Under the pieces are notes generated by a model. It searched no databases. It was not told where the DNA came from and saw nothing but the letters and a program-made list of their open reading frames with translations. From positions 2,232,001 to 2,296,000 of the forward strand of contig NW_027361792.1 of assembly GCF_039654945.1 (NCBI RefSeq): a stretch of DNA of 64,000 nt. Reading direction: 5' to 3'. This DNA comes from Dendrobates tinctorius. Lineage: Eukaryota. The translations under genes were made by a program, and so were the position numbers. Of the stretch, positions 1-13,017 are shown piece after piece; within the stretch, counting starts at the first letter, position 1, and each line of letters starts with the position of its first letter.

Positions 1-413
1 CGTGCGTTCAGCATGAAACTCAGGCGCAGAGCTGGGATACGGGTGTAACTGACCCTGGGTCAGGTTTATTAACGATGAAAGCAATGCAAAAGGAAATAAA
101 ACATAAAACAAATCCTTGCCTGTCCGGCATTAACTAAACAATGGACAACCTAACTACCAACTGGCGGGCTTCTCCCATCCAGCCAAACCACAGTTGCAGT
201 GGGCACTGCTTCCACTCACATGTGTCTCTCACACAGACAGGCTCTCTGTGTTCCCAGGCTGAGACACTCACACAACCACCTGGCATCCTTTTATATCCAC
301 CTCCCATTATTCATTAGCAAGCAGGTGAGATACTGACCAGACTAGGGCACATAGGAAAGGAATCTGGGCGAGATATACCTGCCCTCATCCACTATTCCCA
401 CATGATTCTCACA
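1..413 (-). repeat. 3' LTR, truncated by the window edge
   Basis: Direct repeat of 4765-5177 with about 7 substitutions by eye. Boundary TCACA at 409-413 next to the PPT. AATAAA on minus at 65-70. Confidence 0.95.
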
Positions 414-3400
414 TATCCCCCCCCTCTGCTCAGACCACTCCGGTCGAGCAATGACACCCGCCAAACAGTGCACTCGGGACAGGGCATCTGCATTTCCCAT
501 CTGTACCCCTGGGCGGTGCTCCACCGTAAAAGTGTAGGCCTGCAGGGCAAGGAACCACCGGGTCACCCGGCTATTCCGTTCCTTGTTCAAGTGCATCCAC
601 TTGAGAGGGGCATGGTCAGTGATCAGCCTGAACTTTCAGCCCACCAGGTAATATTTGAGGGCCTCTAGAGCCCACTTAATGGCGAGGCACTCTTTTTCCA
701 CGATTGCATACCTTTGCTCGTGTTTATTCAGCTTCCTGCTGAGATAGAGGACTGGGTGTTCCACTCCGTCCCTCACTTGTGAGAGTACGGCCCCGATACC
801 GGTATCAGAGGCATCCGTTTGTACCACAAACTCGCTGCGGAAGTCCGGAGTCACCAGTACGGGCTGAGAGCAAAGTGCCCGTTTTAGGCTATGGAAGGCT
901 TCTTCAGCCACTAAACTCCATTTAATCATGACGGAGTCTTTCCCTTTTGTAAGATCCGTCAGGGGGGTAGCGATGGCTGCAAAATTGGGTATGAACCGGC
1001 GATAATAGCCGGCGATCCCCAGGAAGGCTTGCACCTGCTTCTTGTTGACAGGTTGTGGCCAGTCCTGATCCGCCTGAATCTTATCAACCTGGGGTTTAAC
1101 AACACCCCTCCCAATTACATACCCCAAATACCGGGCTTCTTCTAGCCCAATGTGACATTTCTTGGGGTTCGCGGTTAGACCTGCCTCCCACAGGTCGTCA
1201 ACCACAGCTTGTACTTTCTGGAGATGAGTCTCCCAGTCCAAGCTGTAAATGACAATGTCGTCCAAATAGGCCGAAGCGTACTGCCTATGTGGCCTCAGGA
1301 CTCGATCCATCAGTCTCTGGAAGGTCGCCGGTGCTCCGTGCAGTCCAAACGGCATATACACATACTGAAATAGACCCTCTGGGGTAGCAAATGCCGTCTT
1401 TTCTCTGGCAGCCTCCGCCAGAGGGATCTGCCAATACCCCTTTGTTAAGTCTAGGGTCGTAATATACCGGGCTTTTTCTAACCGATCTATTAACTCGTCG
1501 ACCCGGGGCATAGGGTAGGCATCAAATTTTGAGACCGCATTCAGTTTCCTGAAGTCATTGCAGAACCGGATGGTGCCGTCCGGTTTAGGAATTAGCACAA
1601 TCAGGCTGGACCAAGCACTGTGCGATTCCTCAATGACACCTAACTCTAACATTGCCTTCACTTCTCGGGAAACGGCTTCACGGCGCGCTTCCGGGATTCG
1701 GTAGGGCTTTACATGAACTGTGACACCAGGTTCCGTTACAATGTCATGTTTCATTAGCGTGGTCTGCCCGGGTTTTTCTGAGAAAAACTTTTGGTTGTGA
1801 AGTAGAGACTGCCTGACCTCAGTCTTTTGCCGCTCCGAGAGAGTCTCTGCAATCCGTACCTCCGGTACGGTATGCGAGCAGACGGGACGGGCCAGCTCCG
1901 CTGACAAGGCAGACCGATCTTTCCAGGGTTTTATCAGATTTACATGATAAATCTGTTCAGGTTTCCGTTTACCTGCCTGGTATACTTTGTAGTTTACTTC
2001 ACCAACTCTTTCCTTAATCTCAAAGGGGCCCTGCCACTTTGCCAGGAACTTACTGTCCACCGTGGGGACCAGGAGCAACACCCTATCTCCGGGTGCAAAC
2101 GTACGGATCTTGGCGCCCCTATCATAGATTCGTTTTTGGGCTCCTTGAGCCTGTATCATGTGTTCTTTGACGATAGGCATAACAGCCGCAATACGGTCCT
2201 GCATTTGTGTGACGTGATCTATCACTGTTTTAAATGGTGTGACCTGACCCTCCCAGGTTTCTTTTGCAACGTCTAATAGTCCACGAGGACGTCGGGCGTA
2301 CAATAACTCGAAAGGCGAGAATCCCGTGGAAGACTGGGATACTTCCCTGATGGCAAAAAGCAAATACGGAAGTAAATAGTCCCAGTTCTTCCCATCCTTG
2401 TCTATCACCTTTCTCAGCATCTGCTTCAGAGTTTTATTGAACCGTTCGACCAACCCGTCTGTTTGAGGGTGATACACGGATGTGCGTAACGGTTCGATTT
2501 GTAACAATCGGCAGAGCTCCTTCATAACCCTGGACATAAAGGGAGTCCCCTGGTCGGTGAGAATCTGTTTTGGTATACCGACCCGACTAAACACATGCAC
2601 CAGTTCCTTGGCAATCGTCTTGGTGGCCGTGTTACGCAAAGGGATGGCCTCCGGGTAACGAGTGGCATAATCCAAGATGACCAGGATATGTTGGTGTCCA
2701 CGTGCAGACCGTGGAAGGGGCCCAACTAAATCCATCCCAATCCTCTCAAACGGGACTTCAATAATAGGTAGGGGTACCAAAGGGCTACAGAACCGGGGCT
2801 TAGGTGCAGAGGCTTGACAGTCAGGACAAGACTCACAATATACACGAATATCGTGATGCATGCCTGGCCAAACAAAACAGTGTAATATCCTTTCGGTGGT
2901 TTTCTGGACTCCCAGGTGACCTCCCATCACATGTCCGTGGGCCAGGTCCAGCACCTGCCGCCGGTAGGGTTTTGGCACGACTAATAGTTGCACCAGGTCT
3001 TCCCCCTTTTTCTCTATCTGATAGAGTAAATAATTCTCCAGAACCATGTAAGGATATGCCAGCCTAGAGCCAGGTTCTACGGGTACCCCATTTATCACTT
3101 TTACATTTGTCCTAGCCTGAGAAAGGGTAGGATCCTTTATTTGCTCGCTTTGGAAGTCATCTTTCTGAACTTCTAAATCCGGCAAACGGGGAGGTGGACG
3201 GCTGTCGGCCTCCTCCTCTTCCCCGGTCTCCTCCGTATCACCCGCCATGACTGAAAACGGGAACTGCAGGTCATTTCCCGCAGACTCTTCCCCCGAGTCT
3301 TCCGAGGAGACATCTTCCAGGGGTTCGAGACCCCCACGTGCCCTGGGAGAAGAATCATGTACACTATTACCCGAGGGCATCAACTGATTCTCCCACAATT

Positions 3401-4685
3401 GCCAGAAGTGGGGAAAATCCCGGCCCAGGATAACATCATGCAATAACGCCGGGACGAGTCCCACTTTATGTTGCACAGACCCATAGGAAGTAGTAATGCA
3501 TATGACCGTGGTGAGGTACGAACAGGTGTCTCCATGCACACACGTTACAGAAAATTTGTCTGATGGTCCAGTCGGGGCTGACACCAGACTGGCCTTCACC
3601 AGAGTCACCACACTTCCCGAGTCTAACAATGCCACCACATTTTTGCCATCAACAGTTAAATCACACAAGTGTTTCTCCACATCCTTTTGACCGGCATTCA
3701 CACTCACTACCCGTGCAACCATAGACATGCGGTTTTTAGAGTCTGTGACGTCGCACTGCATGGGTTCAGTAGTGACCGGACAGTTTGCAGCAATATGTCC
3801 CATCTCTTGGCAGCGGAAACACCTAACGGGCCCCTTGCTTAGACCATAGTTCGTTACTCTCGGCCTCGCAGTGCGGGCAGTCCCGTTTTCCTCCCCCACT
3901 GTCTTAGGGATTTTTCCATCTCCCCTACTCCCTGGAACAGTCTTACCGGTTCCACGTGGAGATGATGAAGAACGAGGTGGGGTAGCGTCATCTCGGAGTC
4001 CTTCCGCCACGGAGTAACGTTCAACCAGATCCACGAGTTGATCTGACGTTGTAGGATTTCCATGGCTTACCCACTTCCTCAGGGCTGGCGGTAGAGCTCT
4101 CAGGTACTTGTCCATGACGACTCTCTGGATTATCTCTGGCGCTGTCAACACCTTGGGTTGTAGCCACTTCTTCGTCACGTGGATCAGGTCGAACATCTGT
4201 GACCGCGGTGGTTTATCCGGCTGATAAGTCCATTGATGCACTCTCTGTGCACGGACAGCGGTCGTCACTCCCAGCCGGGCCAAGATCTCGGCTTTCAATT
4301 TGTCAAAGTCCTGCGCAGCTTCAGGTTCCAAGTCATAATACGCTTTTTGGGCCTCACCGGAAAGAAACGGGGCAATCAGGCCGGCCCATCGTGCCTTCGG
4401 TCATTTTTCTCGCACCGCCGTCCGTTCAAATGTGGTCAGGTATGCCTCGACGTCATCTTCGGTCGTCATCTTCTGCCAGTACCGACTCACGTGAATCACT
4501 CTCGACTCTGCTTACAGGTTAACCTCAGGTAAGCTTGCCAGGCGCTGCGCCACCTGCTGGAGAAGCGAACGATTGGTAGCTGTCATGTCCACCAACTCCT
4601 TCAGCTGGGCCATCATCACCCGATTAGCTTCTTGCTGGACGGCGGCGGACTGTACCAGCGCTTTCACCACGTCCTCCATGCTCAT
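342..4685 (-). pseudogene. gag-pol polyprotein in one frame with three in-frame stops (TAA 4512-4514, TGA 4401-4403, TGA 636-638)
   Basis: Frame reads MSMEDVVKAL..., KMTTEDDVEAYLTTFER, SCAN-like segment, CFRCQEMGHIAANC knuckle, LLDSGS protease, HHCC plus DLVG/TDQG/VERFN plus GPF integrase, YLDD RT, TDAS...EKECLAI...TDH...NADALSR RNase H. ORFs 636-4331 and 342-596 are in the same frame, joined by KFRLITDHAPLKW. Confidence 0.93.
414..431 (-). other. Polypurine tract of the retrotransposon
   Basis: Minus-strand GAGCAGA-poly(G)-ATA immediately before the 3' LTR TGTGA. Confidence 0.85.
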
Positions 4686-4698
4686 GCTTGCAACGTGA

Positions 4699-4716
4699 TG
4701 CCCGCGTTCTCCACCA
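4699..4716 (-). other. Primer-binding site complementary to the tRNA-Ala 3' end
   Basis: TGGTGGAGAACGCGGGCA, 3 nt inside the 5' LTR. Complements the recalled vertebrate tRNA-Ala(AGC) end TGCCCGCATTCTCCACCA at 17/18. Confidence 0.8.
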
Positions 4717-4719
4717 CAA

Positions 4720-5177
4720 TGTGATAAAACACTCCGGGATCGCCTTTGCTGGGGTCAAAGGTCACGTGCGTTCAGCATGAAACTCAGGCGCAGAGCTGGG
4801 ATACGGGTGTAACTGACCCTGGGTCAGGTTTATTAACGGTGAAAGCAATGAAAAAGGAAATAAAACATAAAACAAATCCTTGCCTGTCCGGCATTAACTA
4901 AACAATGGACAACCTAACTACCAACTGGCGGGCTTCTCCCGTCCAGCCAAACCACAGTTGCAGTGGGCACTGCTTTCACTCACGTGTGTCTCTCACACAG
5001 ACAGGCTCTCTGTGTTCCCAGGCTGAGACACTCACACAACCACCTGGCATCCTTTTATATCCACCTCCCATTATTCATTAGCAAGCAGGTGCGATACTGA
5101 CCAGACTAGGCCACATAGGAAAGGAATCTGGGCGAGATATACCTGCCCTCATCCACTATTCCCACATGATTCTCACA
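4720..5177 (-). repeat. 5' LTR (458 bp)
   Basis: TGTGA...TCACA termini. TATA-like ATATAAAA on minus at ~5053-5060, AATAAA on minus at 4829-4834. Confidence 0.95.
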
Positions 5178-7969
5178 ACACGTTAAGACGGTCTAGGTGA
5201 TCTCCAAACTGGGAGAAAATCACTCATGGTGGAAGGCGAGATCCAAATTCTATGAGCATATTTACTATCCGATAGCTCGTTTCATTTGCTAAGTTTGTCC
5301 AAATCTTCCATGCAACCACAACGCTGTGAAAAATGTGAACTCAGCAGATAATAAAATCCAGGATACTCTTCCAGTGGTCGTCCCATCTGTGGATGCTTTT
5401 GATTTTCAGATCATAGGTACCGTGATCATATAGGCACATGAGTGGCTGTCATGTCTAGAATGTGGTCAGTAAGAAGCATCTGTCGTGCAGATGCCCCAAA
5501 ATCGGTGAGTGAAATCAATTTTCCTATAAGCAGTGATAGAATTGTAAATCAGGGCCAACTTTTTGCAGTGATCTGAGGCCAATTCTAAATTCGAGAGTGT
5601 AGATCCAGACAATGTGGTCTGTCCTGGTGAGTATTCCATTATTGACCTATTGATATGATGAAAGATAAAAGTTGACATTGACAAAAATGATACTTTATAT
5701 TAGTTTTAGGATAAACCACAGGCAATTTTGCCAAATACTGACCTTTTAGGCTTAAAAGGATTTTCTGGAATAAATATTAGTGGCTCATGTTTGGCAAAGA
5801 CCAATGTGTGATCGGTGGGAGTCTGTCCACCCTTGATGGAGGCCGAGCAGCTGCACCAAGCAGAATCACATGCACGTTCGAGCCATTGCACCAGGAAAAA
5901 CACTGATGATGTGCTTTGATGATCTTGGTGTGCCAAGTGTCAGGGACCTACTAATCAGATATGGGTGATCTATTTAGCAGGGAGACAACAATCCAAAATG
6001 TACAAGTCAACCTACTGAAAACTAGGCGAGACATGTCTTACCGCTGGGCTTACATCTATCCTGAGAACTGGATCCGAAATGTCCCGTTAGATTGGATTAG
6101 CGACTGTTCATATGTAGAAACCATTCTATTTCAAGGGGCATTTCTTGAGTAGGCGCAATCCATTAACTGTTTAAACTTTTTTGGGGGTATAATGCGATAT
6201 GTCTATAGATTGCATTGGTGGGGATCTTCATGCACCTCAAAAAGCACAAGCATGAGGGGTGGAAGCAACACGACTCTGGAGTTGAAGTGAGATTTCTTAA
6301 AGTTCTCCTAGACTATCAGTTGGAAAAACCATTGATATCAGCAAGGTGGGACTCTCACACGCACCACTGATCACCTGATTAAAGGATTCACATCTGCTTC
6401 ATTGTTTAGCAGACATAGCTCAATACTTTTAATAGTTGCCATGTCGCGTAATGCAGCTCAGTCCCAGTTACGTGAATAGGATCAAGCCACTGCAAAAAGT
6501 AAGGAGCTGTGCATGAAGGTGACGTAGGCCCCATTCAATCAGCAGATCGGAAGAGGTTCTGAGAGTCTGACCCAAAGTTTTCAAAGATCGATGCCTATCT
6601 TAAGAATTGGCCATGCATTTCGCACAGTTAGACACCCCCTTGTACCGATGGTTCTCCCAGACCTCCTCTTTACATTCAAGCCACAGGGACTGCCATGAGT
6701 CCAATGTGAAATTCCCAGCGAGCGAGTATTGCAGGTGCCGTGGAGAAATGTAGAATTACATGCTGGATATTCCAATGAATATCACGTAATACAGGACCAG
6801 AATGTGTCTGCTTTCTGTTAGTGACTTTATGCTGTAGCTAATATATGGGGGGTCCCAAATGGGGGGAGTCCCATCTATGACTATAGGGATTGACTTGATG
6901 AGATGGAACTGTACTACACATGGAATCACTCTTTTGTGACCTAGTACAAACGAGTTACAGATGCAAATACACTTTTGTCTGATCGTTAGCTCAACGATTT
7001 TACATTCAGAGAAAATTGTAAATGTGTATGGGAGTTCACAAACTGTTCAGCAAAGAACAGACTAAAATGAACAAGTCAGCATGCACCAACCGAGGTTATT
7101 ACGGTCTATGTACACTGTTTCAGTGACGTCAGTATAAATAACATTACTCTGCCTATTGATAACATAATGGCCTATTACAACCAAAAACTGAAGATGTCAT
7201 AGGGACTTGATTATTAAGACATAAAGGGTTTATGGGGGATGGGAGCATCATTATTTCAGCTCGAACTTAATCAAATTTCATCGTAACTGGAAAGTTTCTA
7301 AAAAAGTTTCTCCAAGACTCACTAACTTCCCAGGCAGAGCCGGCATCATTAAATAGACTTAGACATAATTGTTTAGGATCATCTCCATGCATGAGTGCAT
7401 CGGCCCAGTTAGGTGGGAGGCTGGAGACTCGTTTGAATGACAGGTTTCCGGGACAGAAATATCCTAGAGTTCAAAAGTAATAAGAATTGGAACGATTTCT
7501 CCCGACTGGAGAGAGTGAGATGAGGCAGAGTCGGCAGCAGGTCCAACTGGCGTCAAATCAAAGGGGAAGCAGCTCAGCGCCAAGAACGTCCAACGTATTT
7601 AACCAGAGCAATGTGCAGAATGACTGCAAACTCCTCCTCATATTACACAGAGAGTACACAAAAGTGTACCACAGAGACACCGAGGGGTAAAGAAGAGCCA
7701 ACACAACGCCAAAGGTTTTCATAAGTTCTCAACCATTGCTATGTAGACCTGAATGGGTACATGCCATGTCTCTAGGGTGTACCTGCACTGTCCTTGATGA
7801 AAGTACTTTGATGTAATTTTTAAGTAGGGGTACAGGCAACCAAAAATCACTGAAAAGGAACCTGGCTCAGGTTACTACACAGGTAGTAATCCTCATCTTG
7901 CCCTGGGTGGTGCAAATGGTGCACTTTGCTCTTTATGTACAATGCCTACATACTTTTGGCATAGCCGGC

Positions 7970-8436
7970 TGTAACGGGGTCTACCCAAGCTGGGGTACCT
8001 CTTTCAGTACCACCCCGTGTTTTCGGAGGTCCGCTCTGCGTTGGCTGGAGTCTGAATGAATGACGCTGGCTAGAATTCCTTGGTTACATGGGCACATATA
8101 AAAGATCACTGCTTCTCCATGTATTTCCAGTCTGACAACACTTTACTCACAGGACACAGAATATATCACACAGATACAGAGGGCAGGCCAATAGAAAAGC
8201 GGCAGGCCAGACATACATTACAAAAGCCGCAGGTGGCCGGAGCCTGCCGATGTTTACTGTGGGAATTACAAAGGTGGGGAGAGGGCGGACAAAGGGAGAA
8301 TATCGTGTCCCCTCTGCCCAGGGGCGCAGCCTGTGGGCTGATGCATTAGGGACATGCATCTCACATAGAACCTATTATACATACATATAACTGCACCTCA
8401 TATTCTGGGTGCTGAGTGGTTCTGTAACACGTAACA
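7970..8436. mobile_element. Solo LTR (467 bp)
   Basis: TGTAAC...GTAACA termini flanked by a perfect 5-bp TSD CCGGC (7965-7969, 8437-8441). Confidence 0.8.
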
Positions 8437-10633
8437 CCGGCCGCTAAAGTTTTTGAAGGGAACAGTTCCAAGGGCTCTGCACTTGTTTATGACTGCAATG
8501 TATGGTGGTAAGCCACAAAACCCTGGGGTCCTGGTTCTGTAATGGTGGCATAGAAGTGGATAGCCACATTCAAAGGGTTGTCTTTAAGTTTAGCTGCTAG
8601 GGGATCGATTGATCATCCTAAGTCTTGCTCCAAGGCACCAGTTGTATTCACCAGGGTGCCTCAGCCGGCCAGGCATTCCTGCTGCAGTGGCTGATGCAAG
8701 GGAAAGGTATAATTATATGATGGCCGCTTGAGATCATGAGAAAACAGCCTATGCATTAAAGAGGTAGTCTGCTGGGAACAATCCCCCTTTTTTTTTTTAG
8801 AAGGGTTTACCATAAAAAGCTAATCATGGGGTATCCGGTTACCATGATGCCCAGCGATCAGCTAAGGAGAACCAAGCAAAAACTGTTCAGCATCTTTACA
8901 GCAGCCCCACAGGAGAATCGGGGTATTACACAGAGCCTGCGTAAGGCATGGACATGTTTGATCCTCCAGAGTTGCCCTTTGAAGCCTTACTGTTCTCTAC
9001 TTAGTAGAGGGGGATCTTGAATAAGAACCTAATTTAGTAAATCCCTAGTGATGTGTCAGACAATGGGTTTTGTAAACCAGTAAACATCCCAAAAACAAAA
9101 GCCCGAAAAAGAAAGGCGGAATTGTATGGGATTTTTTTTCCAATCCTACCTCACTAATTTTTTACCTGGTAGTCACTAAATTATATGGGAAAAATGAATG
9201 ATATAATTCAAAACTACAACTCGCCCCACAAAAAAACAAGCGCTAATACGAATATGTATTTGCAAAAATAAAAAACGTGCGGCTTTTGGAAGACGAGAAA
9301 GAAAAAGCAAAAGAGTAAAAATTAAAATCCCTGCGCCTCCACGGGTTTAAATATCAACTACGGTGCTTAATAAGGAATTCCCTTTCTATTCTCTACAGGT
9401 GGTGATAATAATGACAAAACAGAACAAATGTGATGTGACACTTGCGTTTTAGGGATCCAGACCTGAGGGGTGCAGCCTGAACCGCTTTCCTTGCGCTGGG
9501 TAACAGGTACACCAGCGATATCACAATAATATTGTTGTCAGCTGTTTTGCTGTAAGCTGCAGAGAGGTCTCTGTCCATGGTCCAGTTTCGTGTTCGCGTG
9601 ACTCATAGGGAATCCTGCTCCTCCAGCCAAAAGATGTAACTAAAAAACGTTTTATCAGCGTCTCAGCTGCAGAATCTGGCGAGGACTCGTATGTGAACGA
9701 ACACGAAATCTAGGACCCCAAGCGCTTAGCAGTTTTCTGGACCTTTAATGTCAATGAGTCCTAAACCATGGACACACATGTGTCACCGAGAGAGAAGACT
9801 GATCCTCCAGAGGGTGGGCCCTGATCCACCAAAAGTATTCATACTCAGTGAAATTTTTCAAATTTTTTTCACTTTACGCCTCCTTCACATGTCCTGGTGA
9901 TTCCTGTACAGAAAAACACGGTACTGGTGAGATCTGTGGTCCGTGTACGCATATGACATCCATGTGCCATCCGTGTGTCAGTGTAGCCATGTGCCGTCCA
10001 TATGACACATCCCAGCGCCTGAGAAAAGCAGTACAGTTCGCGCTGATCCCAGGAGACAATGGTGGGAGTTGCCACAGGGCAAGTGGAAAGAGTGAGGCTA
10101 AGGGCCAGATTTGGCACATCATGTGGATGTGCTTTTTCTGGGGCGACTGAGGGCTGATGTTAGTAGCCTCATGAGGGGGCAATATCTCTAACCCCTTCCC
10201 AGGCTATTAATATCAACCCACAGCTGTCTGTTTAACCTTTGCTTGTTTTAATTTATAGGGGGACCCTACATCATTTTCTTTCTGGGGTCCCCGTAAATTC
10301 ACCAATAAAGGCTAAGCAAAACAGCTTTGAGCTGTCATTAACAGCCTGTGAAACTTATGGGGTATTGTCCCTTGGTAGTCCCTCTGCTGGTTATGAAAAT
10401 TGCGTGGGAGCCCAGGCTGGTTTTTTTTCCTTCATTTAATCATTTATTTTACACAGGAGTTACTCAGCTGCTGATGAATACAACTCCCATTATTGTCTCC
10501 TGGTTGCACTGATCTCAGGGCGAGCAAGAGACAATGATGAGATCTTCCTTCAGCCGCCGGCGCCTAGAAACAGCACAAACTGTACCGCTTCTTCCCAGGC
10601 GCCGGTATGTGACACACTGACACGGACATCATG

Positions 10634-11435
10634 AAGTGCATTAGTATTCAGCCCCCTGTAGTCTGATATCCCTAAATAAAATCCTGAGTGACCAATCGCC
10701 TCCAGAAGTCACATAACTAATACATTGCGTCAACCTGTGTGTGATTTATTCTCAGTATAACTACAACTGTTCTGTGAAGGCCTGAGAGATTTGAGAACAT
10801 TAGCGGACAAACAACAAAGGAACCCACCAGGCAGGGTAGGGATAAAGTTGTAGAAAAGAGTATAGTTAGGCTACAAAAAATAGCCCAAGCTCTGAACATC
10901 TCAAGGAGCACTATTCAGTCAGTCCATCGTCCAATATGGAAGGAGAATGGCACAACTGCAAACCTACAAAGACAGGGCCGACCACCTAATCTAACATCTT
11001 AAGCAAGGAGAGCACTAATTAGAGAAGCAGCCAAGAGGCCCATGGTCACTGGAAGAGCTGCAGAGATCCACAGCTCAGGTGGGAGAATCTGTCTACAGGA
11101 CAACCATTAATCATATGTTCCACAAATCTGGCCTTTATGGAAGAGTGGCAAGAAGAAAGACATTTTTGAAAACCATAAGAAGTCCCGTTTACAGTTTGAA
11201 AAGAGCCATGTAAGCAACACAGAGAGAATGTTGAAGCAGTGGCTCTGGTCAGATGAGAGCAAAGGAGAATTTTTGGGGCTACATGCAAAAGGCTATGTGT
11301 GGCAGAAAACAAACACTGCACATAACCCTGAAAGCACCATGCCCAGTGTCAGAAATGGTGGTGGCAGCATCATGCTGTGGAGAGGCCTTTCTTCAGCAGG
11401 GGCAGGGAAGCTGGTCAGAGGTGATGGGAAGATGT
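10634..11435 (+). mobile_element. Tc1-like DNA transposon remnant, degraded and 3'-truncated
   Basis: Transposase fragments LWSDESK and [28 protein letters not shown]. Homologous to the opposite-strand copy at 59815-61078 (shared GTGCATTAGTATTCAGCCCC). Confidence 0.9.
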
Positions 11436-12522
11436 AGATTAGGGAACAGTTGGACAGAAGTAGGCCCGCTGGATCAGACAACATGAGGATTGTGTGACGT
11501 CTGTACCTATGGAGATACATAGGACTGCATAGGAGTTGTAAACACAAAATGGTAAGAGATTTTAACAGAACTATATTTGAAGTTGCCTCATTTTTCATTT
11601 TAGATGCACTGGAGGGAGCGATTTCCTGCTAGCTGTTTACATCGGACCCCCGGCCCCCATCTGGATTTCAGGACAATAAGAAGAATTAAGCAGCAGGTAC
11701 TATTAGTGGTGACATCAGTTGTTACGTTTGGCCCAATTAGCCTAATGTAAGTCCTCACACTCGGCAGTGCAGCGAGGCGCCCCATGTAAACATGACGGTA
11801 AATGCACCTGTTCCTGATGAGATCTCACGCGGCGCAGACTTCCCACACTGCAGCGCCGGGCCCTCGCCTGCGTCTGCTGTTTGCATTTAATCAAAAGGAC
11901 GGTTCAGTCACTCCAAAGGCTCCAGGATATGTGAACCAGGATGGAAAACGTCAATTGTGGGGGAGGAAATGAGAGAAAAGGCAGAGTTGGGAGGTGGGAC
12001 CATACAGGGAAACACAGACACAACAAAGAAATAGCAGAAGCACAGATATACATTTGTATCCGTATATAGGCCCATGCATCACAAGGCATGGATTGTGGGA
12101 AAATGTCACACAGGGATAAACAGACCCAGGCGGTGGCTATAAGAGGGGTGAGCACTGGGCCCTCACTAGTGGAGTCCCAAAGTCACATCAAACTTTCTTT
12201 ACATGTCGCCTGCACGTTGCAATCATCATTATCATACACTGTATTCCTATATGACCTCCCCAGATGCTCTGCTCTTCTCACTGCTTCTATAAATATTATT
12301 CTGTGAGCCTAAGTGCCGTCTAAGGACCGTGTTCACAATGTGAGGTCTGTTCCTCCTCCATCCAGACTTTCTAGCATTAGATATACAGTCCATGCAGTCT
12401 ATCCGCCAATGATTGGAAAGGGTTAATAATCATGTTGGGGGTAAATATTTCTTCATAGGTGGCGCTATAACCTTAGATGACATCAGTCAGTCTACTGACC
12501 CCAAAAGCCAATCAGTCACTTC

Positions 12523-12655
12523 ATAATAAATAATAATCTTTATTTTTATATAGCGCTAACATATTCCGCAGCGCTTTACAGTTTGCACACATTATCATCA
12601 CTGTCCCCGATGGGGCTCACAATCTAAATTCCCTATTAGTATGTCTTTAGAATGT

Positions 12656-12686
<31 letters not shown>

Positions 12687-12792
12687 ACGCAAACACACAA
12701 ACTCCTTGCAGATGTTGTCCTTGGTGGGATTTGAACCCAGGACCCCAGTGCTGCAAGGCTGCAGCGCTAACCACTGAGCCACCGTGCCGCCC
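12523..12792 (-). mobile_element. tRNA-derived SINE (V-SINE type)
   Basis: Minus strand: A box TGGCTCAGTGG, B box GGTTCAAATCC, central GCGTGGGTTTCCTCCGGGCACTCCGGTTTCCTCCCACA domain, L2-like tail ending in (TTA)n. Confidence 0.88.
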
Positions 12793-13017
12793 TAGAAGTC
12801 ATAGAAGTCATAGAAGTCAGGTGATTGCGTGGACAGAACGTCATCACTTCCAAGTCTCATGGAAGACCACCAAAGCGATGTCACTCTAACCACGGGCATA
12901 CCCTCACTTCTTTACTTCACAACTATCCCTTCCATCGGGAAGGTTTTTTTTATACTTTCTTTTGAGAGTCTGACATAATTGCAGCCAACCAATGTCACAC
13001 CGTGAAGTCTTTCAAAT

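Larger units (their letters stand above)
1..5177 (-). mobile_element. Gmr1-like (Ty3/gypsy group, integrase-before-RT) LTR retrotransposon, near full length; left end runs off the window
   Basis: Two ~98% identical LTRs (1-413 and 4720-5177), PBS, PPT and a single gag-pol frame with domain order Gag(SCAN-like, CCHC)-PR-IN-RT-RH. Confidence 0.95.

Noticed and set aside
5178-6200. Possible decayed L1-like LINE on the minus strand
   Set aside because: Only scattered hints (SDH, CPL-like); no continuous motif I can defend.
11812-11830. CTGATGAG hammerhead-like core
   Set aside because: No downstream GAAA box or stems.
12720-12792. tRNA gene
   Set aside because: A and B boxes belong to the SINE head; no acceptor stem closure or terminator.
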